Shown: one piece after another, positions 1-9,308 of the stretch
Layout: every line of letters starts with the position of its first letter
How positions within the stretch are numbered: position 1 is the first letter of the stretch
NCBI GenBank assembly: GCA_963840035.1
Contig: CAWIXE010000002.1
Span: 512,001 to 576,000 of the forward strand
DNA: 64,000 bases
Origin: a candidate division FCPU426 bacterium
GTDB taxonomy: Bacteria; Oederibacteriota; PGYV01; Palsa-1178
Direction of reading: 5' to 3'
The notes under the pieces: generated by a model
What the model saw: the letters and a program-made list of their open reading frames with translations, nothing else
What the model was told of the DNA's origin: nothing
Databases searched by the model: none
Position numbers and translations under genes: made by a program

Positions 1-265
1 GCTAATCTGTCTTATTATGTCGGTGGCGAATTTTGCCATAATGGTGCCGTCCACCGCGGGTGGAGTCGGGCCCTTTGAGTTTTTTGGCATGGCGATTATG
101 CTCCTGTTTGCCTACCAGAAAGAAGAAGCGGCGGCTTTTGTTTTTATAGTACATATGATGATACTTATACCGATAATTATTCTTGGCCTTATCTTTATGT
201 TCACGGAAGGCCTGACATTTAAAAAAGTATTAACAGAAAAAGAAAAGGAGGAAACAGCAAAATGA
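1..265 (+). CDS. C-terminal part of a lysylphosphatidylglycerol-synthase TM / flippase-like (UPF0104) membrane protein, truncated at window start
   Basis: Hydrophobic ORF with [11 protein letters not shown], resembling the P-x-P-GG-x-G-x-x-E motif of this family. Confidence 0.6.
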   Translation, partial: LICLIMSVANFAIMVPSTAGGVGPFEFFGMAIMLLFAYQKEEAAAFVFIVHMMILIPIIILGLIFMFTEGLTFKKVLTEKEKEETAK

Positions 266-816
266 AAAAGATTTTAGCGGTTGTATCAGTATTAGTACTT
301 GCAGTGGTTTTCATGGGCGCGGGATGCGGCCAGGGAACCGAAACTAAAGCACCGGAGGGACAGACAGTGGCGGCAACAGGGACAGGCGAACCGATAGCGG
401 TACTGGAAACAACGAAAGGCGTCATTAAGTTCAGGTTTTTCAGCGCTGACGCGCCGGGCACGTGCAAGAATTTCATCGACCTTGCAAATAAAGGCTTTTA
501 TAACGGCCTTACATTCCACAGGGTCGTTCCCGGTTTTGTAATACAGGGCGGGGACCCTCTCGGCACAGGCGCAGGCGGGCCGGGATATAACATAAAGGCG
601 GAGTTTAACAAGAACCCGCACTTAGACGGCACAGTAGCCATGGCAAGGGCGCAGGACCCTGACTCGGCAGGAAGCCAGTTTTACATCTGCCTCGGGCCGC
701 AGTCGTTTTTAGACGGCAACTATACGACATTTGGCCAGGTTACGGAAGGCCTCGATGTAGTGCATAAGATCGCAATCGGTGATAAGATGACAAAGGTTTA
801 TATAGAAAATAAATAA
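262..816 (+). CDS. Cyclophilin-type peptidyl-prolyl cis-trans isomerase, probable lipoprotein
   Basis: [21 protein letters not shown] and SAGSQFYI motifs; signal peptide ending GAGC (lipobox-like); aggagg RBS. Confidence 0.93.
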   Translation: MKKILAVVSVLVLAVVFMGAGCGQGTETKAPEGQTVAATGTGEPIAVLETTKGVIKFRFFSADAPGTCKNFIDLANKGFYNGLTFHRVVPGFVIQGGDPLGTGAGGPGYNIKAEFNKNPHLDGTVAMARAQDPDSAGSQFYICLGPQSFLDGNYTTFGQVTEGLDVVHKIAIGDKMTKVYIENK

Positions 817-821
817 GATAT

Positions 822-850
822 AAAAGGGCCGGCTAAAAGCCGGCCCTTTT
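822..850 (+). terminator. Intrinsic terminator
   Basis: aaaagggccggct-aaa-agccggccctttt perfect hairpin with T tract. Confidence 0.85.
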
Positions 851-870
851 ATTTTGAATAGGGGGATGTC

Positions 871-1680
871 ATGGATAAAATTGAGAATAAAGAACGGGTA
901 TTAATGCCTGTGTTATTTCTCGGACATGGCAGCCCGGTAAACGCAATTGAAGATAATGAATTTTCACGCGGCTGGAAAAAAATTGCCGCTGAAATACCAA
1001 GGCCAAAGCAGATACTTTGTATTTCCGCCCACTGGGAAACATGGGGCACGTGCGTAACATCCGGCGAAAAACCGCGCACAATACACGATTTCGGGGGCTT
1101 TCAGTCCGAATTATACGATGTATCCTACCCGGCAAAAGGCGACCCCAAATTCGCTAGGCTCGTTAAGGACATTATAAAATCAACTGATGTTCAGTTGGAA
1201 GGCCACCGCGGGCTTGACCACGGCTGCTGGAGTGTTTTAAGGCGCATGTATCCGGAGGCCGACATACCCGTGGTACAAATGAGCCTTGATGATTCAAAGC
1301 CGCCGGAATACCACTATGAGCTCGCGAAAGAACTTCTGCCGCTTCGTGAGCGCGGCACGCTAATCATCGGAAGCGGTAACATGGTGCACAACCTATACAT
1401 GGTGCAATTAAAGAATGAAAATTTTAACGAACCATACGGTTTTGACTGGGCAATAAGGGCAAATGACATGTTAAAGAAAATGATCAGGAACAGGGAGCAT
1501 AAGCAGCTCGCGGATTATAAGTCGCTTGGCAAAGACGCGGAACTCGCGATACCTACCCCGGAACACTACCTGCCCATGCTCTATGTGCTTGCATTGCAGG
1601 GCGGGGATGAAGACGCCCGGTTCTTTAACGACAAACCCCTTGCCGGTTCGCTTACTATGACTTCATTTATCATAAAATAG
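871..1680 (+). CDS. ygiD: 4,5-DOPA extradiol dioxygenase (LigB family)
   Basis: MPVLFLGHGSP, ISAHW, TIHDFGGF, GLDHG, GSGNMVHNL and PTPEHYLP motifs. Confidence 0.9.
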   Translation: MDKIENKERVLMPVLFLGHGSPVNAIEDNEFSRGWKKIAAEIPRPKQILCISAHWETWGTCVTSGEKPRTIHDFGGFQSELYDVSYPAKGDPKFARLVKDIIKSTDVQLEGHRGLDHGCWSVLRRMYPEADIPVVQMSLDDSKPPEYHYELAKELLPLRERGTLIIGSGNMVHNLYMVQLKNENFNEPYGFDWAIRANDMLKKMIRNREHKQLADYKSLGKDAELAIPTPEHYLPMLYVLALQGGDEDARFFNDKPLAGSLTMTSFIIK

Positions 1681-2019
1681 ATACAACTGATTGTAATCAC
1701 TTCAAAAGTATATCCAAATAGACATCCAAAACTCGATTTATAAAACCGGTTCAAAAAAAAGCCTTATTTTTAAGGTGTTTTTTTACTTAAAATTCAGGTT
1801 AATTAAACTAAAGTAAAATATATTTTTGCTTAAATATTTTACGTAACCGGTTAATCATATTTTTATCCATGTTTATATAGTGTTTATAAAAATGGCTTTC
1901 TAGTATTTTATACGCCTATCCTGCCTCGCGCGGTAGAAACTAAAAAAAAGCGCTTTTGTCTAAATATATAGACAAGGCGCAGGACTGTGCGCCTTAATTT
2001 AATTATACGAGGTATGACG

Positions 2020-3477
2020 ATGAGAATAACCGCACCTGTAGCCGCCCTCTTTGTCATCGTTTTTCTATTATTACCTGCGCAATCGTATTGTGCGCAGGCA
2101 GCTGACCAGGGAGTTTTTGTAGTCCCTGAATCTGAACGGCCACTTGATTTTGTGGTAATAGGATTGTGGTCAAATAACCATAAGTATATATGTATGCCTG
2201 AAGTTAACTGGCCAAAGTCTGCAAGTTTACCGCAAAAGAGGGAAATTGAAAAACAACTATACTGGATTAACCTTGAATTTACCCACGGCGAGATACTCCA
2301 AAAACTTCCGGCGTACACGAAAATATTTGTGGCAGTGCCAAACAGCGCCAGCGTTAATGACGCCACCGGGGACGAAAAGAGTTATTTTATAGATTACCTG
2401 AAAGCCAGATGCGGTTTTACCGACGCCGGGATAAAACTGCGTGTTAAATTTTTCCATTCATCCGCGATGATTGTCTGGCCGCAGGATATGTGCAAAGTAA
2501 TCGGATATGACAGGGTTGATGGCAGGGTGGCAATAGCGCGCAGCGCCGGAGACGCGGATATATACGTAAAAGTTACAAAGGAACTCACTGACGCCTTTCC
2601 GGAAACGTTTGTTTTAAAGGATGTGGATAAAAATACAAGCGCGGAAGGCGGGGACGAGGACATTATTAAACTCCCGGGGCCGGGCCATAAAGTGGCAATA
2701 ATAACAGGAAGGCACCGCGTACAGCGATATGCCGAGAGGGTAAAAGGCGTTTCTTTTGACAGAGCGCCTATAGATGACGCCATGAAAGCGGAAGCTGCCG
2801 CGGCATTTTCCAAATCGTATTTCGGGGTGGAAGCGGTTTTTCTCCCTGAGGAAATAATGAAAAAACCGGAAAAGGGAAGCGAAGAAGTATTTCACCTGGA
2901 TATGGTGACTTCCATACTGCCGGACCCTAAAGGCGGCAAACCGAAAGCTTTCATACCGTCGATAGCCAATAATTGCTATGTCTCATTAAATGACGAACAG
3001 CTTAATAAGGAATTCGTATCCCACATACAGGCGGAATATGACGCAGCCGCGTCCCAGATGCGCAGGCTCGGTTTTGACACGCCCAGGCTGTATTACTGCG
3101 ATCATCCGGTAAGGGGCCCGGTAAATATAATAAAGTACCATGATAAAATATCAGGCGGTTATTCCGTTATGCTGGGAAAATACCCGAACCACCTGCCCGT
3201 GGACGACCCCTATACAGCCCAGCACAGGGTAACGGATATTTTCAAGCTGCTGGCTAACCGTTTCAATGAGTGGTCAAATAAACAGGACGCGGCAACATAT
3301 AAACAGCTAAAGGCAACCATGGACGGCGTCTGGACGGTCATGGATACGGTCTCAGAAGAGACAAACAGCGTTTATGATGAGCAGAAAAAGATGTTTGAAA
3401 AGTACGGTTATAACGTAATAACAGTGCCGGTATACGCCTGGGGAGCGGGCGGGCTGCACTGTATGGTTATGTACTGA
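2020..3477 (+). CDS. Secreted pentein-fold (amidinotransferase / arginine-agmatine deiminase-like) protein
   Basis: N-terminal signal peptide; WPQD, EGGD, FHLDM and C-terminal GGLHCM in the order of guanidino-modifying enzymes; gaggt RBS favours ATG 2020. Confidence 0.6.
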   Translation: MRITAPVAALFVIVFLLLPAQSYCAQAADQGVFVVPESERPLDFVVIGLWSNNHKYICMPEVNWPKSASLPQKREIEKQLYWINLEFTHGEILQKLPAYTKIFVAVPNSASVNDATGDEKSYFIDYLKARCGFTDAGIKLRVKFFHSSAMIVWPQDMCKVIGYDRVDGRVAIARSAGDADIYVKVTKELTDAFPETFVLKDVDKNTSAEGGDEDIIKLPGPGHKVAIITGRHRVQRYAERVKGVSFDRAPIDDAMKAEAAAAFSKSYFGVEAVFLPEEIMKKPEKGSEEVFHLDMVTSILPDPKGGKPKAFIPSIANNCYVSLNDEQLNKEFVSHIQAEYDAAASQMRRLGFDTPRLYYCDHPVRGPVNIIKYHDKISGGYSVMLGKYPNHLPVDDPYTAQHRVTDIFKLLANRFNEWSNKQDAATYKQLKATMDGVWTVMDTVSEETNSVYDEQKKMFEKYGYNVITVPVYAWGAGGLHCMVMY

Positions 3478-3487
3478 TTTAAAAATA

Positions 3488-3519
3488 AAATTACTAATGA
3501 CAAATTACTAATTACTAAT
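3488..3519. repeat. Degenerate heptamer tandem array (WAATKAC)
   Basis: aaattac taatgac aaattac taattac, shortly after the stop codon. Confidence 0.6.
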
Positions 3520-3534
3520 AGAAGTACTGCCTTC

Positions 3535-3655
3535 GTAGGGGCGATTCACGAATCGCCCAAAACGATGGTTCTTGTAGAGACGCAGACTTGCCGCGTCTCT
3601 TTTTTGTTTATGTTCTGGGTATTGGTCTCCGTAGGGGCGAGCCGGTGGCTCGCCC
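3535..3655 (+). repeat. Cluster of three GTAG-type REP hairpins
   Basis: GTAGGGGCGATTCACGAATCGCCC (3535), GTAGAGACGCAG..CGTCTCT (3574), GTAGGGGCGAGCCGGTGGCTCGCCC (3631). Confidence 0.85.
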
Positions 3656-3883
3656 GGATCTTGATCCCGGCCTAAAGGTCGCGTGTGTTTTTGCCTATGC
3701 CACTGGCTCACCCGGAGTTAAATACAATAAATGTCTGTAAAATATTGAATAATCATAAAACCATGATTATTTACAGAGTTTTAAACAAAGTGCTAATAAA
3801 ATAAGTGGGATTTTGTTATAATGTCTTGAGTCAAGGCACGGTGTGGGGATTCTGAATCCCAAAATAAATATGAAACAGGTCTC

Positions 3884-3948
3884 GTAGGGGCGATTCACGA
3901 ATCGCCCAAAACGATGGTTCTTGTAGAGACGCAGCTTGCTGCGTCTCT
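3884..3948 (+). repeat. Second copy of the REP doublet at 3535-3600
   Basis: Near-identical, including linker aaaacgatggttctt. Confidence 0.85.
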
Positions 3949-4120
3949 TTTTTTATATCAAAATAATAATAATGCTTGAATGTACGATATAAACTAAGTG
4001 ATAACAAAAAAATGGTTTTTTGTTATAATATCTTTACCCAAGGCGTGATGTATTTTTTTTGCATTATCTTTGATGCTTCGTGTTAAAGTGCGTAAAAATT
4101 TGTAATATCGATGGTGATGA

Positions 4121-4564
4121 ATGAAGCGAAAAAATATCTGCGAAGATAAAGTTACAAAAACTGATACTAAAATATTTCATTTAATAGTTTCGTTGTTGCT
4201 GTTGGCGGGATTAGTGATAATTTTATTATCATATTTTATCGTAATTCCAAAGACAAAAATAAACATCCATGTCATAATATTATTCTCTTATTTCTTAACA
4301 ACATACTTACTAATTATTATCCCGATAAGACGTTTTGGCAAAACACAAATGAAAAAATATATAATTCGCTTTCGCTTAATCCTCAATACTGTCTTGTTTG
4401 CTTTATTTTTTTATATTTTGCCAAATGTACTTGTTTTTAATGATGCGCGTTTTGGCGTCTTGGGATTTAGGGTCATAGTGATATTCGCTTTAATGATATT
4501 TATAGCTTGTTTGATGCTTGAACAATTGTTGCTAAAGTACTTGTTTAAAAATGAAAAAGCATAA
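4121..4564 (+). CDS. Hypothetical AT-rich membrane protein (about 4 TM segments)
   Basis: 147-aa ORF with four hydrophobic stretches; no recognisable motif. Confidence 0.6.
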   Translation: MKRKNICEDKVTKTDTKIFHLIVSLLLLAGLVIILLSYFIVIPKTKINIHVIILFSYFLTTYLLIIIPIRRFGKTQMKKYIIRFRLILNTVLFALFFYILPNVLVFNDARFGVLGFRVIVIFALMIFIACLMLEQLLLKYLFKNEKA

Positions 4565-4621
4565 ATTAATAAATGTTAATGCCAAAGGCCAATTGAGGGT
4601 ATGTATACCGCGAAAATATTC

Positions 4622-4650
4622 TTGACATTCATTATAATAAGTTGTATCCT
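4622..4650 (+). promoter_or_regulatory. sigma70-type promoter of the pyr operon
   Basis: TTGACA-17 nt-TATCCT upstream of the PyrR leader. Confidence 0.7.
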
Positions 4651-4676
4651 TAACTCGATTCAGAAAAGCAATTGAT

Positions 4677-4795
4677 CCTTTAAACTGGCCCTGCGAGGCT
4701 GGTAAGGAGCTGGTACTTGTCCGCCGGAGCGTAATATGCGAAAGTGGATTAACGCCTTCTTACTGCGTACGCATGGCAGAAAGAGGGCTTTTTTT
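4677..4795 (+). promoter_or_regulatory. PyrR-binding RNA hairpin and attenuator terminator
   Basis: CCTTTAAACTGGCCCTGCGAGGCTGGTAAGG matches the PyrR site consensus (CUUUAA plus RUCCnGnGAGGYU); terminator gccttctt...aagagggc-ttttttt at 4754-4795; precedes pyrR. Confidence 0.85.
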
Positions 4796-4850
4796 ATGCC
4801 TCCAACTGCCTCGTAAGCTTTAGCTTCGCCTGCCTATACGGAGGCAATAC

Positions 4851-5402
4851 GTGGACAAAAAGCTTAAAATTAAGAGTGAAATCCTTGACAAACCTTCCAT
4901 TGAGCGGGCATTGACCCGTATTTCCCATGAAATAATCGAAAAAAACAAAGGCGCTAAGAATGTCTATATCGTGGGTATACGCTCACGGGGCGATGTTTTA
5001 GCAGCCCGTATCGCTAAAAAAATCAATGAAATAGAGAATGTGGCAGTGCCTGTGGGCGCTGTGGATATTACATTTTACCGGGACGACTATGACCGTGTCA
5101 CAAAAGCTGAAGTAAAATCAACCGAACTGCCCGTGTCAGTGGATGATAAGGATATAGTTCTGGTGGATGACGTGCTTTATACGGGCAGGTCCACGCGCGC
5201 TGCCATGGATGTCATCATCGAATTCGGCAGGCCAAAAACCATTCAACTGGCTGTTCTCATAGACCGCGGGCATAGGGAACTGCCAATACAAGCGAATTAC
5301 GTAGGTAAAAATGTGCCGACAAGTTCTGAAGAAATGATAGTTTTAAAGTTACAGGAATCTGACGGCGAAGAAAAAGTTCTTCTTGCCGAAAAGGAGGCGT
5401 AA
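4851..5402 (+). CDS. pyrR: Pyrimidine operon attenuation protein / uracil phosphoribosyltransferase
   Basis: [41 protein letters not shown] start after ggagg. Confidence 0.97.
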   Translation: MDKKLKIKSEILDKPSIERALTRISHEIIEKNKGAKNVYIVGIRSRGDVLAARIAKKINEIENVAVPVGAVDITFYRDDYDRVTKAEVKSTELPVSVDDKDIVLVDDVLYTGRSTRAAMDVIIEFGRPKTIQLAVLIDRGHRELPIQANYVGKNVPTSSEEMIVLKLQESDGEEKVLLAEKEA

Positions 5403-5403
5403 G

Positions 5404-6337
5404 ATGTCACTTAACCATCTTATTTCACTGCAGGATATTTCAGCCGAACAGATAACAGAGATTTTAAATCTTGCTAAAACTTTTAAGGAAGTAAATGAAC
5501 GGCAGGTAAAAAAACTTCCCACGCTTAAAGGCAAAACTGTCGCCAACTTTTTCTTCGAAAATTCCACCAGGACCAAAACTTCGTTTGAAATAGCGGCAAA
5601 GAGGCTCTCGGCAGATGTTCTTAACCTGGCGATATCCACATCCTCAGTGGCCAAGGGTGAAACCCTGATCGATACCATCCGCACTATTGAAGCCATGCAG
5701 ATAGACATCGTAGTAATCAGGCACGGCGTTTCAGGCGTGCCTCATATGTTAACCAGCAAAATATCCTCCCATATAATAAACGCCGGAGACGGCATGCACG
5801 AGCACCCTACGCAGGGGCTGCTGGATATGTTTACCATGAGGGACAAAAAGGGCCACCTGGAAGGATTGACCGTGGCTTTGGTTGGCGACATAGCGCACTC
5901 GCGCGTGGCGCGCTCGAACATATGGGGGCTGAAAAAGATGGGGGCGAAAGTACGCGTTGTCGGCCCGGCAACGTCTCATACCGCGCGACATAGAACAAAT
6001 GGGCGTGGAAGTCTATAATGACCTTGAAAAAGGCATCAAGGGCGCTGATGTGGTAAACATACTCAGGATACAGCTTGAAAGGATGAAAAAGCATCTCTTC
6101 CCGACAATCAGGGAATACGCCATGCTCTTCGGGGTCAATACCACAAAATTAAAAAGCGCGAAGCCGGACTGCCTTGTCATGCATCCGGGGCCGATGAACC
6201 GCGGCATAGAAATATCGCCGAACGTGGCTGACGGGCCGCAGTCGGTCATAGAAGAACAGGTGACAAACGGAGTGGCTGTGAGAATGGCTGTCCTGTATCT
6301 CATGGGAGGAGGCAAATCAAATGAAATTATTGATTAA
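5404..6337 (+). CDS. pyrB: Aspartate carbamoyltransferase catalytic subunit, split by a one-base insertion near 5974
   Basis: FFENSTRT and [10 protein letters not shown] in the first frame; RIQLER and MHPGPMNRG in the second; removing T5974 restores VGPAT-LIPR. Confidence 0.93.
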
Positions 6338-7598
6338 AAACGGCACGGTAGTCGATCCCGCCAATAAAAAAGAGGAAAAGGCCGACATTCTTATAAACAA
6401 CGGCAAAATAGAAAAGGTCGCGAAATCCATAACTGACAAGGACGCGCAGGTCATTGACGCCGCGGGCAGGACCGTGATGCCGGGTTTTCTCGACATGCAC
6501 GTGCATTTCCGCGAACCCGGTTTTGAGTATAAGGAAACCATAGAGTCAGGCTCGCGCGCCGCGGCAAAAGGCGGATTCACGACAGTCGCATGCATGCCGA
6601 ATACTGACCCGGTAATAGACAACCAGGCCATGGTTGAATTCATAAATATGAAATCAAAGCAGGTCGGTTTAATTGACGTCAAAGCCATAGGCGCTATAAC
6701 AAAAGGCAGGGCAGGGCTTGAACTTGCGCCGATAGGCGAACTTTTTAAAGCGGGAGCGGTCGCGATATCGGACGACGGCTGTACCGTAATGAACGCCGAG
6801 ATTGTAAGGCGGGCAATGCAATACTGCAAAATGTTCGGTATGACGCTTATAGAACATTGTGAAGATGTGAATCTGGCTGGCGATAATACCGTAAATGAAG
6901 GTTACTTCGGTACTATGCTCGGATTAAAGGGCATACCGGCGTCAGCTGAAGAGTCAATCGTTGCGCGCGATATTATGATAGCCAGGGATACGCAGGGACG
7001 GCTGCATCTGGCGCATCTGTCAACGGCAGGCGCGGTAGAGATACTAAGGTGGGCAAAAAAACAGGGCATAAACGTAACCGCTGAAGTAGCCCCGCATCAT
7101 TTTGCGCTGGACGATTCGAACTTAGTATCATATGACACAAATTATAAGATGAACCCGCCGCTGCGCTCAAAAGCGGACGTGGAAGCCATGAAAAAAGGCT
7201 TAAAAGACGGCACCATAGACGTAATAGCCACGGACCACGCCCCGCACGCTGAACTGGACAAAAACGTCGAGTGGAACCAGGCGGCTTACGGTATAATCGG
7301 CCTTGAGACTGCTTTTCCTTTAATAATAACAGAATTGGTCGGTCCGGGAGTGTTGACGATTTCAGAGGCGGTTGAAAAAATAACAATCAATCCGGCAAAG
7401 ATATTGAACCTCGATAGGGGCACGCTTTCAGAAGGCAAGGAAGCGGATGTTGTAATAGCGGACATAAATAAGGAGTTTGAGGTAACTGAAAAGTTCTTTG
7501 GTTCCCGTTCCACTAACTCGCCATTCATCGGGCGGAAGCTAAAAGGCAGCATTGAGTGTGTGATTAAATCGGGTAAGGTGGTTTATAGTGGAGAGTAA
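6321..7598 (+). CDS. pyrC: Dihydroorotase
   Basis: [25 protein letters not shown]; pyr operon context. Confidence 0.96.
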   Translation: MKLLIKNGTVVDPANKKEEKADILINNGKIEKVAKSITDKDAQVIDAAGRTVMPGFLDMHVHFREPGFEYKETIESGSRAAAKGGFTTVACMPNTDPVIDNQAMVEFINMKSKQVGLIDVKAIGAITKGRAGLELAPIGELFKAGAVAISDDGCTVMNAEIVRRAMQYCKMFGMTLIEHCEDVNLAGDNTVNEGYFGTMLGLKGIPASAEESIVARDIMIARDTQGRLHLAHLSTAGAVEILRWAKKQGINVTAEVAPHHFALDDSNLVSYDTNYKMNPPLRSKADVEAMKKGLKDGTIDVIATDHAPHAELDKNVEWNQAAYGIIGLETAFPLIITELVGPGVLTISEAVEKITINPAKILNLDRGTLSEGKEADVVIADINKEFEVTEKFFGSRSTNSPFIGRKLKGSIECVIKSGKVVYSGE

Positions 7599-7602
7599 GT
7601 AG

Positions 7603-7630
7603 GTGGTAAGTGATATGTGGTATGTGGTAA
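7603..7630. repeat. Left heptamer arm (GTGNTAN family) flanking the four-helix-bundle gene
   Basis: gtggtaa gtgatat gtggtat gtggtaa. Confidence 0.85.
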
Positions 7631-7684
7631 GGGAAAACTAAAAATATGACAGGACGTTTGGGCTTGAAAAATGGGGGGGCGCAA

Positions 7685-8059
7685 ATGAATGTTGTTAAGA
7701 GTTTTGAGGACCTTGAAGTGTGGAAAAAAGCAATAGATATATCTGATCTTACACATGCAATTGTAGATGATTTTCCAAAGCAGGCGATATGGACGCTGGG
7801 TACGCAGATGTTAAGGTCTTCTGTTTCTATAGGATCAAACATTGCAGAAGGATGCGAGCGCCAGCATACGCCGGAATACATACAATTTTGTTATATTGCC
7901 CTGGGATCATGTGCGGAACTATATACACAACTTATAATTGCAAAAAGAAGAAAGTATCTGCCTGAGGAAAAATATGATCAGATATCAGAAATGATCCAGC
8001 ATGAACGAAGAATGTTGCTGAATTTAACAAAAAGCCTGAAATTAAGAAGAAAACAGTAA
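7685..8059 (+). CDS. Four-helix-bundle protein (23S rRNA intervening-sequence protein / Avd-like family)
   Basis: SFEDLEVWKKA, QMLRSSVSIGSNIAEG, IALGSCAELYTQL are typical of this family. Confidence 0.92.
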   Translation: MNVVKSFEDLEVWKKAIDISDLTHAIVDDFPKQAIWTLGTQMLRSSVSIGSNIAEGCERQHTPEYIQFCYIALGSCAELYTQLIIAKRRKYLPEEKYDQISEMIQHERRMLLNLTKSLKLRRKQ

Positions 8060-8079
8060 CGTAATAAAAGGTATGGCTG

Positions 8080-8107
8080 CTGGCACGTAGCACGTACCAC
8101 TTATCAC
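8080..8107. repeat. Right heptamer arm, inverted relative to 7603-7630
   Basis: ctggcac gtagcac gtaccac ttatcac (reverse complement of GTGNTAN units). Confidence 0.85.
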
Positions 8108-8142
8108 GTTCTTGTTTGAAACTAAGGAAACAAGGAGAACAT

Positions 8143-9288
8143 ATGAAAAAAGCAATGCTTATGCTTGAGGACGGCACGTGCTTTGAGGGCGTTTCTGCCG
8201 GCGCTGACGGGGAAACCTACGGCGAGATAGTTTTTAACACATCTATGATGGGTTATCAGGAAATTTTAACCGACCCTTCTTACCGCGGCCAGATTGTTAC
8301 CATGACTTACACGGAAATCGGCAATTACGGTATTAACGAGGATGACATAGAATCAGGAGAAGTGCAGGTCGAGGGTTTTGTTATGAAAGAGATAAGCAAA
8401 ATAAGGTCAAACTGGCGTTCGGGAATGACGCTGCAGGAATACCTGAGGAAGTATAAGATCGTCGCCATAGAAGGCATAGATACAAGGGCGTTGACCCGTC
8501 ATATCAGGGATTTTGGAGCCATGAAATCAGTGCTTTCAACAATTGACCTGAATAAAAAATCACTTCTAAAAAAAGTCAAGGCTTCCCAGTCCATAGTTGG
8601 TATTGACCTTGCAAAGGAAGTATCCACTAAGAGCCCTTATAAATGGAGCGAGAAGTTAAAGCCGGTCGGTATGATGGAAAAGGAATGCGACTATGTCAGG
8701 GTCGGGGTTAATAAGAAAAGGCTGAAAGTTGTGGCTTACGACTGCGGAATAAAGCACCACATACTGCGCATACTCGCGGACTTAAACTGCGAAGTGACGG
8801 TTGTGCCAATCACTGCCACAGCAGAGGAAGTATTAAGCTACAAACCGGACGGAATATTCATCTCAAACGGCCCGGGCGACCCGTCTGCTGTGCCTTATAT
8901 AGTGGAAGAACTCAAGAAACTGCTCGGAATAAAGCCGATATTCGGCATCTGCTTCGGCCACCAGTTGTTGGGCCAGGCTTTAGGAGGAGTTACCTACAAA
9001 TTGAAATTCGGACACAGAGGCGCGAACCATCCGGTAATGGCGATGGATACCAGGAAGATAGACATCACAGTTCAGAACCACGGTTTTGCTGTGGACCCCA
9101 AATCATTCAAAAAATCAAAGCATAAAGTTGAAATAACTCACATCAACCTGAACGACAGGACGGTAGAAGGTCTTGAAGTTAAAAAGCTGAAGGCCTTCTC
9201 TATACAGCATCATCCTGAAGCATCGGCAGGCCCACATGACGCACGGTATATCTTTAACAAATTCATAAAATATATGGCGAAAAACTAA
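8143..9288 (+). CDS. carA: Carbamoyl-phosphate synthase small subunit
   Basis: [42 protein letters not shown]; aaggag RBS. Confidence 0.97.
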   Translation: MKKAMLMLEDGTCFEGVSAGADGETYGEIVFNTSMMGYQEILTDPSYRGQIVTMTYTEIGNYGINEDDIESGEVQVEGFVMKEISKIRSNWRSGMTLQEYLRKYKIVAIEGIDTRALTRHIRDFGAMKSVLSTIDLNKKSLLKKVKASQSIVGIDLAKEVSTKSPYKWSEKLKPVGMMEKECDYVRVGVNKKRLKVVAYDCGIKHHILRILADLNCEVTVVPITATAEEVLSYKPDGIFISNGPGDPSAVPYIVEELKKLLGIKPIFGICFGHQLLGQALGGVTYKLKFGHRGANHPVMAMDTRKIDITVQNHGFAVDPKSFKKSKHKVEITHINLNDRTVEGLEVKKLKAFSIQHHPEASAGPHDARYIFNKFIKYMAKN

Positions 9289-9308
9289 AATATAAAAGGA
9301 GCTACACC

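Noticed and set aside
1741..1853. Two aaccggtt palindromes as operator sites
   Set aside because: Too short, and no regulator or other support; could be chance.
7685..8059. Diversity-generating retroelement or rRNA intervening sequence
   Set aside because: No reverse transcriptase, no template/variable repeat pair and no rRNA gene in the window; only the protein family resemblance holds.
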